A stretch of 64,000 bases of DNA from Elusimicrobiota bacterium. GTDB lineage: Bacteria; Elusimicrobiota; Elusimicrobia; Elusimicrobiales; UBA9959. The translations under genes and the position numbers were made by a program. The notes under the pieces were generated by a model. That model had not been told where the DNA came from. It saw nothing but the letters and a program-made list of their open reading frames with translations, and did not search any database. Numbering within the stretch: position 1 is the stretch's first letter; each line of letters begins with the position of its first letter. Below are positions 10,659-22,195 of this stretch, piece by piece. Location: the NCBI GenBank assembly GCA_036574205.1, contig JAINCQ010000034.1:1-64000 (forward strand), written 5' to 3'.

Positions 10659-11400
10659 GCATCACATAATTGACCATATATATGGATGGCTTAAGTTATA
10701 TAATTTTAATCTTCCACTATCCAAGCATCTTTTGATGATGATCTTAGTTTCGCTTATCCTTGTATTTATATTCCCTGTTATTATAAATTCAAAGAACAGA
10801 TTCCTTTCACCTTTAAAGCAGATGATAGAGGTAGTTCTTCTTTTTATTCGAGATGAAATTGTAAGGCCTAATTTAGGGCATTGCGCGGATAAATACGTCC
10901 CATATTTTGCCACTCTTTTTTTCTTTATACTTTTGATGAACCTTATAGGATTTGTACCTTTTGGAGCTACTGCTACTGGGAATATAGCAGTTACAATTGG
11001 ACTTGCACTTACCACATTTGTTCTTATAAATTATTCAGGAATAAAAGAAAAAGGATTTTTTCATTATTTAAAAAATTTTGTCCCTCCTGATATTCCTCTA
11101 TGGCTTTATCCCATAATAATACCGATAGAGATAATAGGTCTTTTTACAAAAACCTTTGCCCTGGCAATCCGATTATTTGCCAATATGATATCTGGTCATA
11201 TAGTAATACTTGTTTTTATAAGCTTTATTTTTATATTTGGAGCAATGAATGTATATATAGGATTGTTTTTGACCGCTCCTATATCAGTATTGCTTGTAAT
11301 TTTCGTTTCATTGCTTGAAGTGCTTGTGGCTTTTTTACAGGCTTATATATTTACGTTTTTGACGGCAATATTTACATCGCAGTCAGTTAGTTCTCATTAA
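10636..11400 (+). CDS. atpB: ATP synthase Fo subunit a
   Basis: 'LAIRLFANMISGH', 'LEVLVAFLQAYIFTFLT'. Confidence 0.97.
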   Translation: MELKEILEHHIIDHIYGWLKLYNFNLPLSKHLLMMILVSLILVFIFPVIINSKNRFLSPLKQMIEVVLLFIRDEIVRPNLGHCADKYVPYFATLFFFILLMNLIGFVPFGATATGNIAVTIGLALTTFVLINYSGIKEKGFFHYLKNFVPPDIPLWLYPIIIPIEIIGLFTKTFALAIRLFANMISGHIVILVFISFIFIFGAMNVYIGLFLTAPISVLLVIFVSLLEVLVAFLQAYIFTFLTAIFTSQSVSSH

Positions 11401-11475
11401 ATCAGTGTAAGTTTGGTTTTAGATTTGATTTATTGATATTAAGGCCTGAAGCAAAAAATAAAAAAAGGAGGAAAA

Positions 11476-11769
11476 ATGGAACTTACATTCTTAGGATTGG
11501 GCTACATAGGAGCAGGAGTCGGTGCGGGGCTTACTCTTATAGGTGCGGCTTATGGTATAGGAAAGCTGGCTTCCAGTGCCCTTGAGGGGACTGCCAGACA
11601 ACCTGAAGCGGCAAATACTATAAGGACGACTATGATTATAGCCGCTGCGCTTATTGAAGGAATAGCATTTCTTTCACTGGTTATATGCCTTTTAATAGCC
11701 ATGAACTTTGGTATGCCAAAAAGTGAAAACACCACTGCTCAAACTAATATAGAACAGGTAAAGAAATAA
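11476..11769 (+). CDS. atpE: ATP synthase Fo subunit c with a C-terminal extension
   Basis: GxGxG helix, 'ARQPEA' loop, conserved Glu in 'ALIEG'; AGGAGG RBS. Confidence 0.95.
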   Translation: MELTFLGLGYIGAGVGAGLTLIGAAYGIGKLASSALEGTARQPEAANTIRTTMIIAAALIEGIAFLSLVICLLIAMNFGMPKSENTTAQTNIEQVKK

Positions 11770-11772
11770 ACT

Positions 11773-12282
11773 ATGGAAAATCTTATAAAGCCTGAGTTCG
11801 GTTTAACCTTCTGGACAATATTAATTTTTGTGATTCTTGTTATGCTTCTTGCAAAATTCGTCTGGAAGCCTCTTCTTGCAGCCGTTGATGAAAGAGAAAA
11901 AAGGATAGCCGCTGATGTTGAAAAAGCAGCTAAATCAAGGGAAGAAGCTGAGAATATGAAGCTTGAAATAGAGCAGAGGCTAAAATCTCTGAACAAAGAG
12001 ATTAGCGAGAGGATAAACAGAGCTATTTATGAAGCCAATATAGAACGTGAAAAAATAATTGAAAAAGCCCGAACTCAGGCAGAACTTCTTGTTGAAAATG
12101 CCAAAAAGGAGATGGAGAGCCAGAAAATGGCTATAGAGAAAGAGATAGAGAAAAAACTCGTTGAAACCTCCTCTCTTATAGCGAAAAAAGTTTTAGGTGA
12201 GATAGTGGACAAAAAGATTGACGAGAAAATTCTTGAAATCTCTTTGAAGGAGTATAAATCAGGCTCGTTTAGAAAAAATTGA
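11773..12282 (+). CDS. atpF: ATP synthase Fo subunit b
   Basis: N-terminal TM ending 'KFVWKPLL...ERE' followed by coiled coil; operon position. Confidence 0.93.
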   Translation: MENLIKPEFGLTFWTILIFVILVMLLAKFVWKPLLAAVDEREKRIAADVEKAAKSREEAENMKLEIEQRLKSLNKEISERINRAIYEANIEREKIIEKARTQAELLVENAKKEMESQKMAIEKEIEKKLVETSSLIAKKVLGEIVDKKIDEKILEISLKEYKSGSFRKN

Positions 12283-12827
12283 ATATGAATATTTCAGATA
12301 TATCCATTTCAAAAAAATACGCCTTTGCATATTTTTTAGCTCAGGGTGAATCTGTTGAAAAAAAGAAAGAGCGTATTTTTGAGATAGCTTCTGTTGTCAA
12401 ACAAAACGCTGATTTTTTTATAAATCCATCTATTGGTGTTGAAGTTAAATGGGAAATACTTGATAAGATTATCACTGATGATCTTAAAAACTCTGCAGCA
12501 AGAAGATTAGTTGAGATTTTAATTGAGAACAAAAAAATACAGCTTTTGACAATTATAGTTGATGAATTTGAAAGGCTTTATTTTGAATCTAAAAAACATA
12601 TTAAGATGGAGGTTAGGGCGAGACATCCACTTTCAGAAAAGGAAAAAAACGATATAATTTTAACTTTTAAAGAAGCTACGGGCATAACACCTGTGATTAA
12701 ATTTGTGGAGGATAAAAGCATAATAGGCGGTTTTATAATGAGATGGGATGACAGAATATTTGATTCGACAATTAACCAGAAAATAAATTTACTTGAAAAA
12801 GAAGTTATTGAGAAGGAGATAATATGA
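12279..12827 (+). CDS. atpH: ATP synthase F1 subunit delta
   Basis: 'SKKYAFAYF', 'DKSIIGGFI...D..FDSTI'; between atpF and atpA. Confidence 0.9.
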   Translation: MNMNISDISISKKYAFAYFLAQGESVEKKKERIFEIASVVKQNADFFINPSIGVEVKWEILDKIITDDLKNSAARRLVEILIENKKIQLLTIIVDEFERLYFESKKHIKMEVRARHPLSEKEKNDIILTFKEATGITPVIKFVEDKSIIGGFIMRWDDRIFDSTINQKINLLEKEVIEKEII

Positions 12828-14347
12828 TGAGATCCGATGAAATAACACAGATAATAAAATCCAAAATAGAAAAATTTGTTCCTCATTCTGAGCTTGGTGA
12901 GGTAGGTCAGGTTATAAGTGTTGGGGATGGGGTTGTAAAAGCATGGGGGCTAAACTCTGCTGTGATGGGAGAGCTTGTAGAATTTGAAGGTGGGGTTAGT
13001 GGAATGGTTTTGAATATAGAAAGAGAGGGTGTTGGTATAGTGGTTTTAGGGGATGATAAACTTATTAAAGAATCCACAATAGTTAAAAGAACAGGTAGCG
13101 TTATGCAGGTTGGAGTTGGTAAAGGACTTATAGGAAGGATAGTGGATCCTCTTGGAAATCCGATAGATGGAAAAGGTCCAATAAAATTTGAAGGGAAAAG
13201 ACCTGTTGAGGTAATAGCACCAGGGATAGTTGAAAGAAGTCCGGTCAAAGAGCCACTTCAAACCGGAATTAAGGCGATAGATGGGATGATACCTATAGGA
13301 AGAGGACAGAGAGAGCTTATAATTGGTGACAGACAAACCGGAAAGACAGCAATAGCGATAGATACAATCATAAATCAAAGGAAAGAACCGGAAAATAAAA
13401 GACCTATATGCATATATGTTGCAATTGGTCAAAAAGAAATGAGTGTTGCAAGAATAGCCAAAGTTCTTGAAGATAATCACGCAATGGAATACACAATAAT
13501 AGTTTCGGCTTCAGCCTCACAACCAGCCCCGCTTCTTTATTTAGCGCCATATTCAGGTTGCGCGATGGGTGAGCATTTTATGTGGCAGGGCAAGCATGTT
13601 TTAGTTGTCTATGATGACCTTTCAAAGCATGCTCAAGCATACAGGCAGATGTCATTACTTTTAAGAAGACCGCCGGGCAGGGAGGCTTATCCTGGAGATG
13701 TTTTTTATTTACATTCAAGGCTTCTCGAAAGAGCATGCAAACTGAATGAAAAAAATGGAGGCGGATCCCTTACGGCTTTACCGATAATAGAAACTCAGGC
13801 AAACGATGTTTCAGCTTATATCCCTACTAATGTTATATCAATAACTGACGGACAGATATATCTTGAGCCTTCTCTTTTTTATGCCGGTATACGACCGGCT
13901 GTGAATGTTGGTATATCAGTTTCAAGGGTTGGTGGATCTGCACAGATAAAAGCGATGAGACAGGTTGCTGGTAAGTTAAGAATAGATCTTGCTCAATATA
14001 ATGAATTACAGGCATTCGCCCAATTTTCTTCAGACCTTGATAAAGAGACCCTTGCTTTCATAAAAAGAGGGCAGAGGCTTGTTGAACTTTTAAAACAGGA
14101 TCAGTATCAACCAATGGCGGTAGCAGAAGAAGTTATGGTCTTATATGCAGGCACAAGAGGTTATTTTGACGATATAGATCTTCAACGGCTAAAAGAGTTT
14201 GAATTAAAGTTCGTTCAGTATTTAAGGGAAAATAAATCTGAGCTTCTTGAAGAGATAACAATTAAAAAAGAAATAGTGAGCGAGCTTGAGGAAAAGATTA
14301 AAAAGACCATAGAGGAGTTTAAGTCTAATTTTATAAAAAATTTATAA
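12824..14347 (+). CDS. atpA: ATP synthase F1 subunit alpha
   Basis: '[17 protein letters not shown]', '[23 protein letters not shown]'. Confidence 0.99.
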   Translation: MMRSDEITQIIKSKIEKFVPHSELGEVGQVISVGDGVVKAWGLNSAVMGELVEFEGGVSGMVLNIEREGVGIVVLGDDKLIKESTIVKRTGSVMQVGVGKGLIGRIVDPLGNPIDGKGPIKFEGKRPVEVIAPGIVERSPVKEPLQTGIKAIDGMIPIGRGQRELIIGDRQTGKTAIAIDTIINQRKEPENKRPICIYVAIGQKEMSVARIAKVLEDNHAMEYTIIVSASASQPAPLLYLAPYSGCAMGEHFMWQGKHVLVVYDDLSKHAQAYRQMSLLLRRPPGREAYPGDVFYLHSRLLERACKLNEKNGGGSLTALPIIETQANDVSAYIPTNVISITDGQIYLEPSLFYAGIRPAVNVGISVSRVGGSAQIKAMRQVAGKLRIDLAQYNELQAFAQFSSDLDKETLAFIKRGQRLVELLKQDQYQPMAVAEEVMVLYAGTRGYFDDIDLQRLKEFELKFVQYLRENKSELLEEITIKKEIVSELEEKIKKTIEEFKSNFIKNL

Positions 14348-14357
14348 TGGAGATTTT

Positions 14358-15272
14358 ATGAAATATCTTGTTACTGGTGGAGCCGGTTTTGTTGGTTCAA
14401 ATATTGCAAAGGCGCTTAGTGATGAAAGGAAAGAGGATGTAGTTGTAGTTGATAATTTTTCAAGCGGGAATTTCAAAAATCTTATTGGCTTTAACGGAGA
14501 TGTTATTGCTGATGATATATTAAGCAACAAATGGTGGGGTAAGGTTGGAAAGGTTGATGCAATTTTTCATCAGGCTGCTATAACCGACACAACGGTTATG
14601 GATCAAAAACTTATGATGGATGTAAATGTTGAGGGGTTCAGGAATATTCTTGAATATGCTTTGAAATATGATATAAGACAGATAATTTATGCATCAAGCG
14701 CGGCGGTTTATGGCAACTCGCCATGTCCTATGACAGAGGAACAAACCCCAACCCCGGAAAACATATATGGTTTTTCAAAAGCGATAATGGATAATATTGC
14801 AAAAGATTATATTAAAAGATTTCCAAAGCTTAAAATTATTGGCTTAAGATACTTTAATGTTTATGGTCCTGGTGAATTTTTTAAAGGAAAATTTGCTTCT
14901 ATGATATACCAGCTTTATCTTCAGATGAAAGAAGGCAAAAAGCCAAGGATATTTAAATATGGTGAACAGATGAGGGATTTTGTTTATATAAAGGATGTTG
15001 TTAATGCTAATTTACTTGCGCTTGAATGTGAAACAAGCGTAATTGTAAACATTGGAACCGGTGTCCCTGAAAATTTTAATTATGTAATAGAATGCCTGAA
15101 TAAAGCCCTTAAAACCTCATATGATATAGAGTATTTTGAAAACCCTTATAGCTTTTATCAAAATAAAACTCAGGCAGATTTAAAAAGAGCAAAGGCGCAT
15201 TTAAATTACAGGCCTTCATGGCCGCTTGATAGAGGGATAACTGATTATATAAACACAATTTCCAAAAAGTAA
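14358..15272 (+). CDS. hldD: ADP-L-glycero-D-manno-heptose 6-epimerase (extended SDR)
   Basis: 'VTGGAGFVGSNI', 'AIFHQAAITDTT', 'YASSAAVYG', 'YGFSK', 'GLRYFNVYGP', 'QMRDFVYIKD'. Confidence 0.85.
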   Translation: MKYLVTGGAGFVGSNIAKALSDERKEDVVVVDNFSSGNFKNLIGFNGDVIADDILSNKWWGKVGKVDAIFHQAAITDTTVMDQKLMMDVNVEGFRNILEYALKYDIRQIIYASSAAVYGNSPCPMTEEQTPTPENIYGFSKAIMDNIAKDYIKRFPKLKIIGLRYFNVYGPGEFFKGKFASMIYQLYLQMKEGKKPRIFKYGEQMRDFVYIKDVVNANLLALECETSVIVNIGTGVPENFNYVIECLNKALKTSYDIEYFENPYSFYQNKTQADLKRAKAHLNYRPSWPLDRGITDYINTISKK

Positions 15273-15281
15273 AGGCAGGAT

Positions 15282-16169
15282 ATGGCTTCTTTAAGAGACA
15301 TAAGAAAGCATATAAAAGCTGTTAAAAACATAAGACAGATAACCTATGCAATGAAAATGGTTTCATCGGCAAGGATAAAAAAAGCCCAGTCACAGATACT
15401 TGGCTTTAAACCTTATATAAGTTATCTTGAGAATGTGGTTTTTTCCCTTAAAGGCGAGATGATGGAGGAGGATTTTAAAACAACGGGGCTTTATCGTTTT
15501 TTTAAAAAAGAGTCTTTGACAAACTCCATAGGGATAGTGGTTGTTGGAGGGGATAAAGGGCTTTGCGGCTCTTTCAATTCTTCAATAATTAACCTTGCTG
15601 TGAAATTAATAAGAAATAACAAAGGTAAAAAAATATATATTATCCCGGTTGGGAAAAAATCATATGATTTTTTTAAAAAAGTAAAAGAGGTAAATTTATA
15701 TTATCAGATATATAATATCTTTCCAAAAGTAAACTATGCCCATGCCTCGCTTCTATCCTCTAAAATAATAGAAGCCTATGAAAAACTGAACCTTGATGAA
15801 ATATATATGGTATATAGCGAATTTAGAAATATGATGAAGCAGGAGTTTAAATCTATTTCTTTTTTACCAATAATTAATCGCATAGGTGGCGATGAAGGCA
15901 AAGAAAATTTAGAGGATTTTATTTTTGAACCAGAAAAAAGTATATTACTTAAAAACCTGATACCTAAATATATAAATATGAGAGTTTATAGTGTGCTTCT
16001 TGAAAATCAGGCATCTGAGCTTGCTGCAAGGATGCAAGCAATGGAGTTAGCAAGCAAAAATGCAGGTGAGCTGATAGACGAATTGACATTAAGAATGAAC
16101 AAATTAAGGCAGGCTCAGATAACAACTGAACTTAATGAGATAGTTAGTGGAGCAAGTGCTATACAATAA
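15282..16169 (+). CDS. atpG: ATP synthase F1 subunit gamma
   Basis: 'QITYAMKMVS', 'DKGLCGSFN', 'SELAARM.AM..AS.NA', 'RQAQITTEL.EI'. Confidence 0.98.
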   Translation: MASLRDIRKHIKAVKNIRQITYAMKMVSSARIKKAQSQILGFKPYISYLENVVFSLKGEMMEEDFKTTGLYRFFKKESLTNSIGIVVVGGDKGLCGSFNSSIINLAVKLIRNNKGKKIYIIPVGKKSYDFFKKVKEVNLYYQIYNIFPKVNYAHASLLSSKIIEAYEKLNLDEIYMVYSEFRNMMKQEFKSISFLPIINRIGGDEGKENLEDFIFEPEKSILLKNLIPKYINMRVYSVLLENQASELAARMQAMELASKNAGELIDELTLRMNKLRQAQITTELNEIVSGASAIQ

Positions 16170-18022
<1,853 letters not shown>

Positions 18023-18046
18023 CTTTTTTTATAGTATAATATCTAT

Positions 18047-19189
18047 ATGTTTAAAAAGCTTTTAAATTTTCAAAAGATAGCAGTCTTTTTGTTTTTTTAT
18101 TTTTTCTTATTATCCTCTTTAAGTGCTCAGACCTGGACTATTAAAGTTTATTGTGCAGGAACAACTGGAAGTTGCGGAAGCGCTACAATAAGCCAGAACA
18201 TAGGTACATATTCAACTCAAAGTAAGTGTGAGACTGCAAAAAGCGAAGCTTATTGCACTTTTATATACTGCCCTTCTGAATGCAATGGTTGTAGCATAAC
18301 ATCACAGTCATTTATGTGTGTGCATGGTTCAGGTGAATCACAGCCTCATATATGGTTTGAAAATCCTGGTGGAGGTTTTTATAATTCTCCATATACTAAA
18401 ACAATGATGGATGAACTTGGAAGAACCGCGGCGGGGCTTAATAATTTTGCAAAAAATTCAAATATAGGAAAAGAAACTGGAACTTCATCTTTTTCAAAAC
18501 ATTATAGCACTGAATTTGAAGATTGGGTTAGAGAAAATCATGAAAGGAATAAAATTTATCACAATATTGACAACGAGCCGCCAACTGACAGAAGCCGTAT
18601 GGTTCAATTTGAATATAGACAGGAGTCTTTAAATTATAGGTGCGATCAGGATTTTGATAAATGCTCAAATGCCTTCAGACAACAGGAAAGATTTACTGAA
18701 AGAGCCGAAAAAGAATATCTTGCCCGGGAGGTTGTAACTTCCGGCGCTCAAACGATGGTTGATGCTCTGGGAGATATCATCCCATCTGCTTCTGATATCG
18801 GCTCTAAGGTTGGTGAGGATATATTAGGTGATGAGAAATCAAAAAAAATCGCAGAAGGAACTGAAAAAGGAAAGGAAGCTTATGATTGGGGTAAACAATG
18901 GAAAGAATGCTTTGATTCGTGGAAGAAAAAATCCGACTCCATAGACTCGTTTTCAAAAAATGCTGGCGAGGCTATAAATAAAAATAATTCCGAGTTGAAT
19001 AAATGCCTTGATGTTGCAAACAGTCTACTTGAAAAAGGCGAAGAAATTTTTAGCGATATGAACTATCTTGGCAAGAAGGTTTATGATACAGGTAAAAGAG
19101 TTATTCAAAACTATAACGAACGTGTATTAAATCGCGCTATGGAGATGATAAATAGCGCAAATGGATGTATGAGGACTGAATGCAGATAA
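18047..19189 (+). CDS. Secreted cysteine-rich hypothetical protein
   Basis: Signal peptide ending 'SLSA'; 14 Cys, 8 of them clustered near the N-terminus. Confidence 0.75.
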   Translation: MFKKLLNFQKIAVFLFFYFFLLSSLSAQTWTIKVYCAGTTGSCGSATISQNIGTYSTQSKCETAKSEAYCTFIYCPSECNGCSITSQSFMCVHGSGESQPHIWFENPGGGFYNSPYTKTMMDELGRTAAGLNNFAKNSNIGKETGTSSFSKHYSTEFEDWVRENHERNKIYHNIDNEPPTDRSRMVQFEYRQESLNYRCDQDFDKCSNAFRQQERFTERAEKEYLAREVVTSGAQTMVDALGDIIPSASDIGSKVGEDILGDEKSKKIAEGTEKGKEAYDWGKQWKECFDSWKKKSDSIDSFSKNAGEAINKNNSELNKCLDVANSLLEKGEEIFSDMNYLGKKVYDTGKRVIQNYNERVLNRAMEMINSANGCMRTECR

Positions 19190-20133
19190 TTTTATTTCTT
19201 TTTGTGTTTCTAAACAGTTATATTTATAGCGAAAATCCAAAAAACTATGATATTGATATTTCAAATCAATCTCAATCAAAGCCGCTTCCCAAAGGATCAT
19301 ATCTTATCCCTTTTTCCAAAGAATTAGATTTATTATGGGTTTTTGATAAACTCCCATCTGAGAATTGTTCTATTATAGTAGATCCAAAAGAGTTCCCATG
19401 GGTTTTATGCGATAACAGATTTTTGACCGCTCCATATTACAGCAGGATTTTCATTTCAGAAAAGCCGATTAATTATATGGTGTGGCTTGATAACGGATCT
19501 ATCTTTGCTGTTTCAAGGGATGAACTTGCTGTGGTGGATATCAAAAAGAAAAAGGATGACTTAAATAAGGAGATTGAAAACATAAAACTAAAGTTTCTGG
19601 GTATGGCAAAACTTGATGGGATGAGGATTTTTCCCGGCGAAAACAACTCACTTTACATACTTGGCAGAGATATTGAAAATGGTTTAAATAAACTATTTGT
19701 TTTAACATATAAAAATGGAAATCCTTCCTTTTCTTTTATAACAGCCACGAAAGAAAAAATAAACTCTATAACCGGAGACGGGGATATAGCTTTTGTTGTA
19801 ATTGGGAAAAAAGTGATAAAACTTTACCGCCCGGATGGAAAAAAGGAATATGCTGCAAAAACTATTTTTGAAAATCCTGATTTACAGATAAATAACATCC
19901 ACTACACATCTTCCGCCGGCATTTTTTATTCCTCGTCAAAAGGGATAGGATATATAGGCGATAATTACTGGCTTGAATTTTTTTCCGCTGAAAATCCAGA
20001 GTTTGTAATGAAAAATGATTCTATTTTTGTCAAACTTTCTAAAAATCAGGGAGTTATAAAAATAAATGGCATAACCGCTTTCAAAAAGAAAGACGCCGTA
20101 ATAAAGATCAAACAGCAGGATGTAAAAAAATGA
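19180..20133 (+). CDS. Exported beta-rich hypothetical protein (possible beta-propeller)
   Basis: Short signal peptide; repeated short strand/turn pattern; overlaps both neighbours. Confidence 0.65.
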   Translation: MQIILFLFVFLNSYIYSENPKNYDIDISNQSQSKPLPKGSYLIPFSKELDLLWVFDKLPSENCSIIVDPKEFPWVLCDNRFLTAPYYSRIFISEKPINYMVWLDNGSIFAVSRDELAVVDIKKKKDDLNKEIENIKLKFLGMAKLDGMRIFPGENNSLYILGRDIENGLNKLFVLTYKNGNPSFSFITATKEKINSITGDGDIAFVVIGKKVIKLYRPDGKKEYAAKTIFENPDLQINNIHYTSSAGIFYSSSKGIGYIGDNYWLEFFSAENPEFVMKNDSIFVKLSKNQGVIKINGITAFKKKDAVIKIKQQDVKK

Positions 20134-21281
20134 ATTTTAAAAAAACGATAATGATTCCTTTATCTTTCCTATTTCTTATGCCGTCTATTTCCTTTTCCCA
20201 GAAATCCATTGAGCTGGATGCTGCAAGAAATTTCATAAAAAGCGGAAGTTATAAGAAATCGCTTGAACTTTATAACAAGATAGCAAAACGATCTCCAAAC
20301 GCCTCGCTTATATCTGAATATGCTTATGTCCTTGCATTAAACGGTTTATTGGAACCATCACTCTCGCAGTTAGACCGGGCTATTATGATAGATGTAAGCG
20401 ATAAAGACACAAGATATTTTATGTCCAAGATCTTTTCAGCTGTTTCATTAAATGACGTTGCCACTGAAATTATCCCACACTCATATACCCCATCCTGGTT
20501 AATCAACGAAGCAACATTAAATAAACTTTCACATGAAAGGCAACTTTCTGAATCTTTTATGGAGGCATTGGATATTGCCGAAGGTTTTATGAGACAATCA
20601 AGATATGCATCTGCAATAGATGCATTTGGCAGGATTATAAAAAAATGGCCAGATGAATATATGGGATACTCAGGATATGCTATAGCGCTTGAGAAGATAG
20701 GGGCATATAAAACTGCGTCAAAAGCTGTTGAGATGGCGGTTTTACTTATGAAGAAAAACGGCAAACCAATAAATATAATCAGAAAATTTTCAGAATATGG
20801 CGAAGAGCTTAAAAATAAACCGCCACTTGTTGAGAAAAAACTTAAGGATATAAATATGGCGCTTAAAGGGAAATATTTTGCTTTTGCCGGCGGGAATTTT
20901 ACTCATACTGAAACGGATTCAGTTTTCAATATAAACACAAGACTTGGAAAATTTATAACAAATAATTTTGACCTATCCCTTAATTTAGGATTTACAACTG
21001 GATATGAGATTTCTGATTATAACGGTTTAAGCATTGGAGTATCAGGAAGATTAAATAAACCCATAACCCAATATTCTCCGATAAGACTTACCGCCGCGGC
21101 AAGGCTTGCGCTTGAACCTTCACCTGAGGATAACTTTTCATTTATTCTTTCACCGGGATTGAGTTATTTTACCCCTTCAGGATCAATAGATGTTTTTGTA
21201 GATTTTAACCTCACAGGCCCATATAAAGGGACACAGGTCCTTTCTATAGGATATACAACCTACTTTGGAGGGGGAAGATGA
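20130..21281 (+). CDS. TPR-containing exported protein with a putative C-terminal outer-membrane beta-barrel
   Basis: Signal peptide; TPR-like helices ('A..F...GSY..S..LY', 'RYASAIDAF..II..WP..Y.GY'); amphipathic strands ending 'LSIGYTTYF'. Confidence 0.7.
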   Translation: MNFKKTIMIPLSFLFLMPSISFSQKSIELDAARNFIKSGSYKKSLELYNKIAKRSPNASLISEYAYVLALNGLLEPSLSQLDRAIMIDVSDKDTRYFMSKIFSAVSLNDVATEIIPHSYTPSWLINEATLNKLSHERQLSESFMEALDIAEGFMRQSRYASAIDAFGRIIKKWPDEYMGYSGYAIALEKIGAYKTASKAVEMAVLLMKKNGKPINIIRKFSEYGEELKNKPPLVEKKLKDINMALKGKYFAFAGGNFTHTETDSVFNINTRLGKFITNNFDLSLNLGFTTGYEISDYNGLSIGVSGRLNKPITQYSPIRLTAAARLALEPSPEDNFSFILSPGLSYFTPSGSIDVFVDFNLTGPYKGTQVLSIGYTTYFGGGR

Positions 21282-22060
21282 GACTGCTTGCGCTTATAGC
21301 TTCAATTTTTATCTTACCAATATCCCTTTTTTCAGGATCATATGATTCTGCACTTTCCGATTTCAAAAAAACTCTTGACTATAAAGAATTTTCTTCAGCT
21401 GAATTAAGGAACGAAATTCTCATCCTTCATGCAAGCTCATATGCGATTATAAATGAATCTGGCAAAAAAAACGATGCTATTAAAACAGCTGGATTTTTGT
21501 GGCTAAAAACTTTAAATTTAAACGGCATAGAATCTAAAAATACCTATATAATTGTTTTACTTAAAGATGGTGGGGAGTTATGGAATATAACATCATCATC
21601 AGTTGAATTAATGGAAAGATGGTCTGACAATAAACTCTTTTTTGATCCGGTTCAAACAAGATCTGGCAGGATTTTCGGCTTTTTAGGGGCTCAAACTACA
21701 ATGGGTGGTGATGTAAAATCAAGTGGAATAAATGCAAGACTTGGTTCTACTTTATTTAAAGACAGGTTTGATTTTTCCATTTTCTTCAGCCATAACTCAT
21801 ATGACTCTGCAGGGATGAACAGCTATGGTGTTTCTTTAAGAGCGTTATTTCCGCTTACAAGAAAATATGGCGCAAATCTTGGGGTTCAACTTTCTAAAGT
21901 CTCTTACGAAGAAGGCGGTGAATCAACAAATGTAACAAGTATTTTAGGCGGAGTTAATTATTATCTTCCAGCTGGAAGTTTTGATATAACGCTTCTCATA
22001 GGAAATAACAGCACATATTCTCTAATAGCTGGATATACATTTTACCTAACAAAAAAATAG
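21278..22060 (+). CDS. Exported protein with a putative C-terminal beta-barrel paralogous to the preceding gene
   Basis: Signal peptide; strands 'GVNYYLPAGSFDI' and 'LIAGYTFYL' align with the previous ORF. Confidence 0.7.
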   Translation: MRLLALIASIFILPISLFSGSYDSALSDFKKTLDYKEFSSAELRNEILILHASSYAIINESGKKNDAIKTAGFLWLKTLNLNGIESKNTYIIVLLKDGGELWNITSSSVELMERWSDNKLFFDPVQTRSGRIFGFLGAQTTMGGDVKSSGINARLGSTLFKDRFDFSIFFSHNSYDSAGMNSYGVSLRALFPLTRKYGANLGVQLSKVSYEEGGESTNVTSILGGVNYYLPAGSFDITLLIGNNSTYSLIAGYTFYLTKK

Positions 22061-22119
22061 ATTTTTCAGTAAATCTCAAAAATTTTGTATAATTTTATAG
22101 TTAGATTTGTTTTAAATCA

Positions 22120-22195
22120 GGGGTTGTGGTGTAGCCTGGTCTAACACGTCGCCCTGTCAAGGCGAAGATCGCGGGTTCAAATCCCGTCAACCCCG
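22120..22195 (+). tRNA. tRNA-Asp(GTC), CCA not encoded
   Basis: Acceptor stem GGGGTTG/CAACCCC; anticodon arm TCGCC-CTGTCAA-GGCGA; T arm GCGGG-TTCAAAT-CCCGT; discriminator G. Confidence 0.97.
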
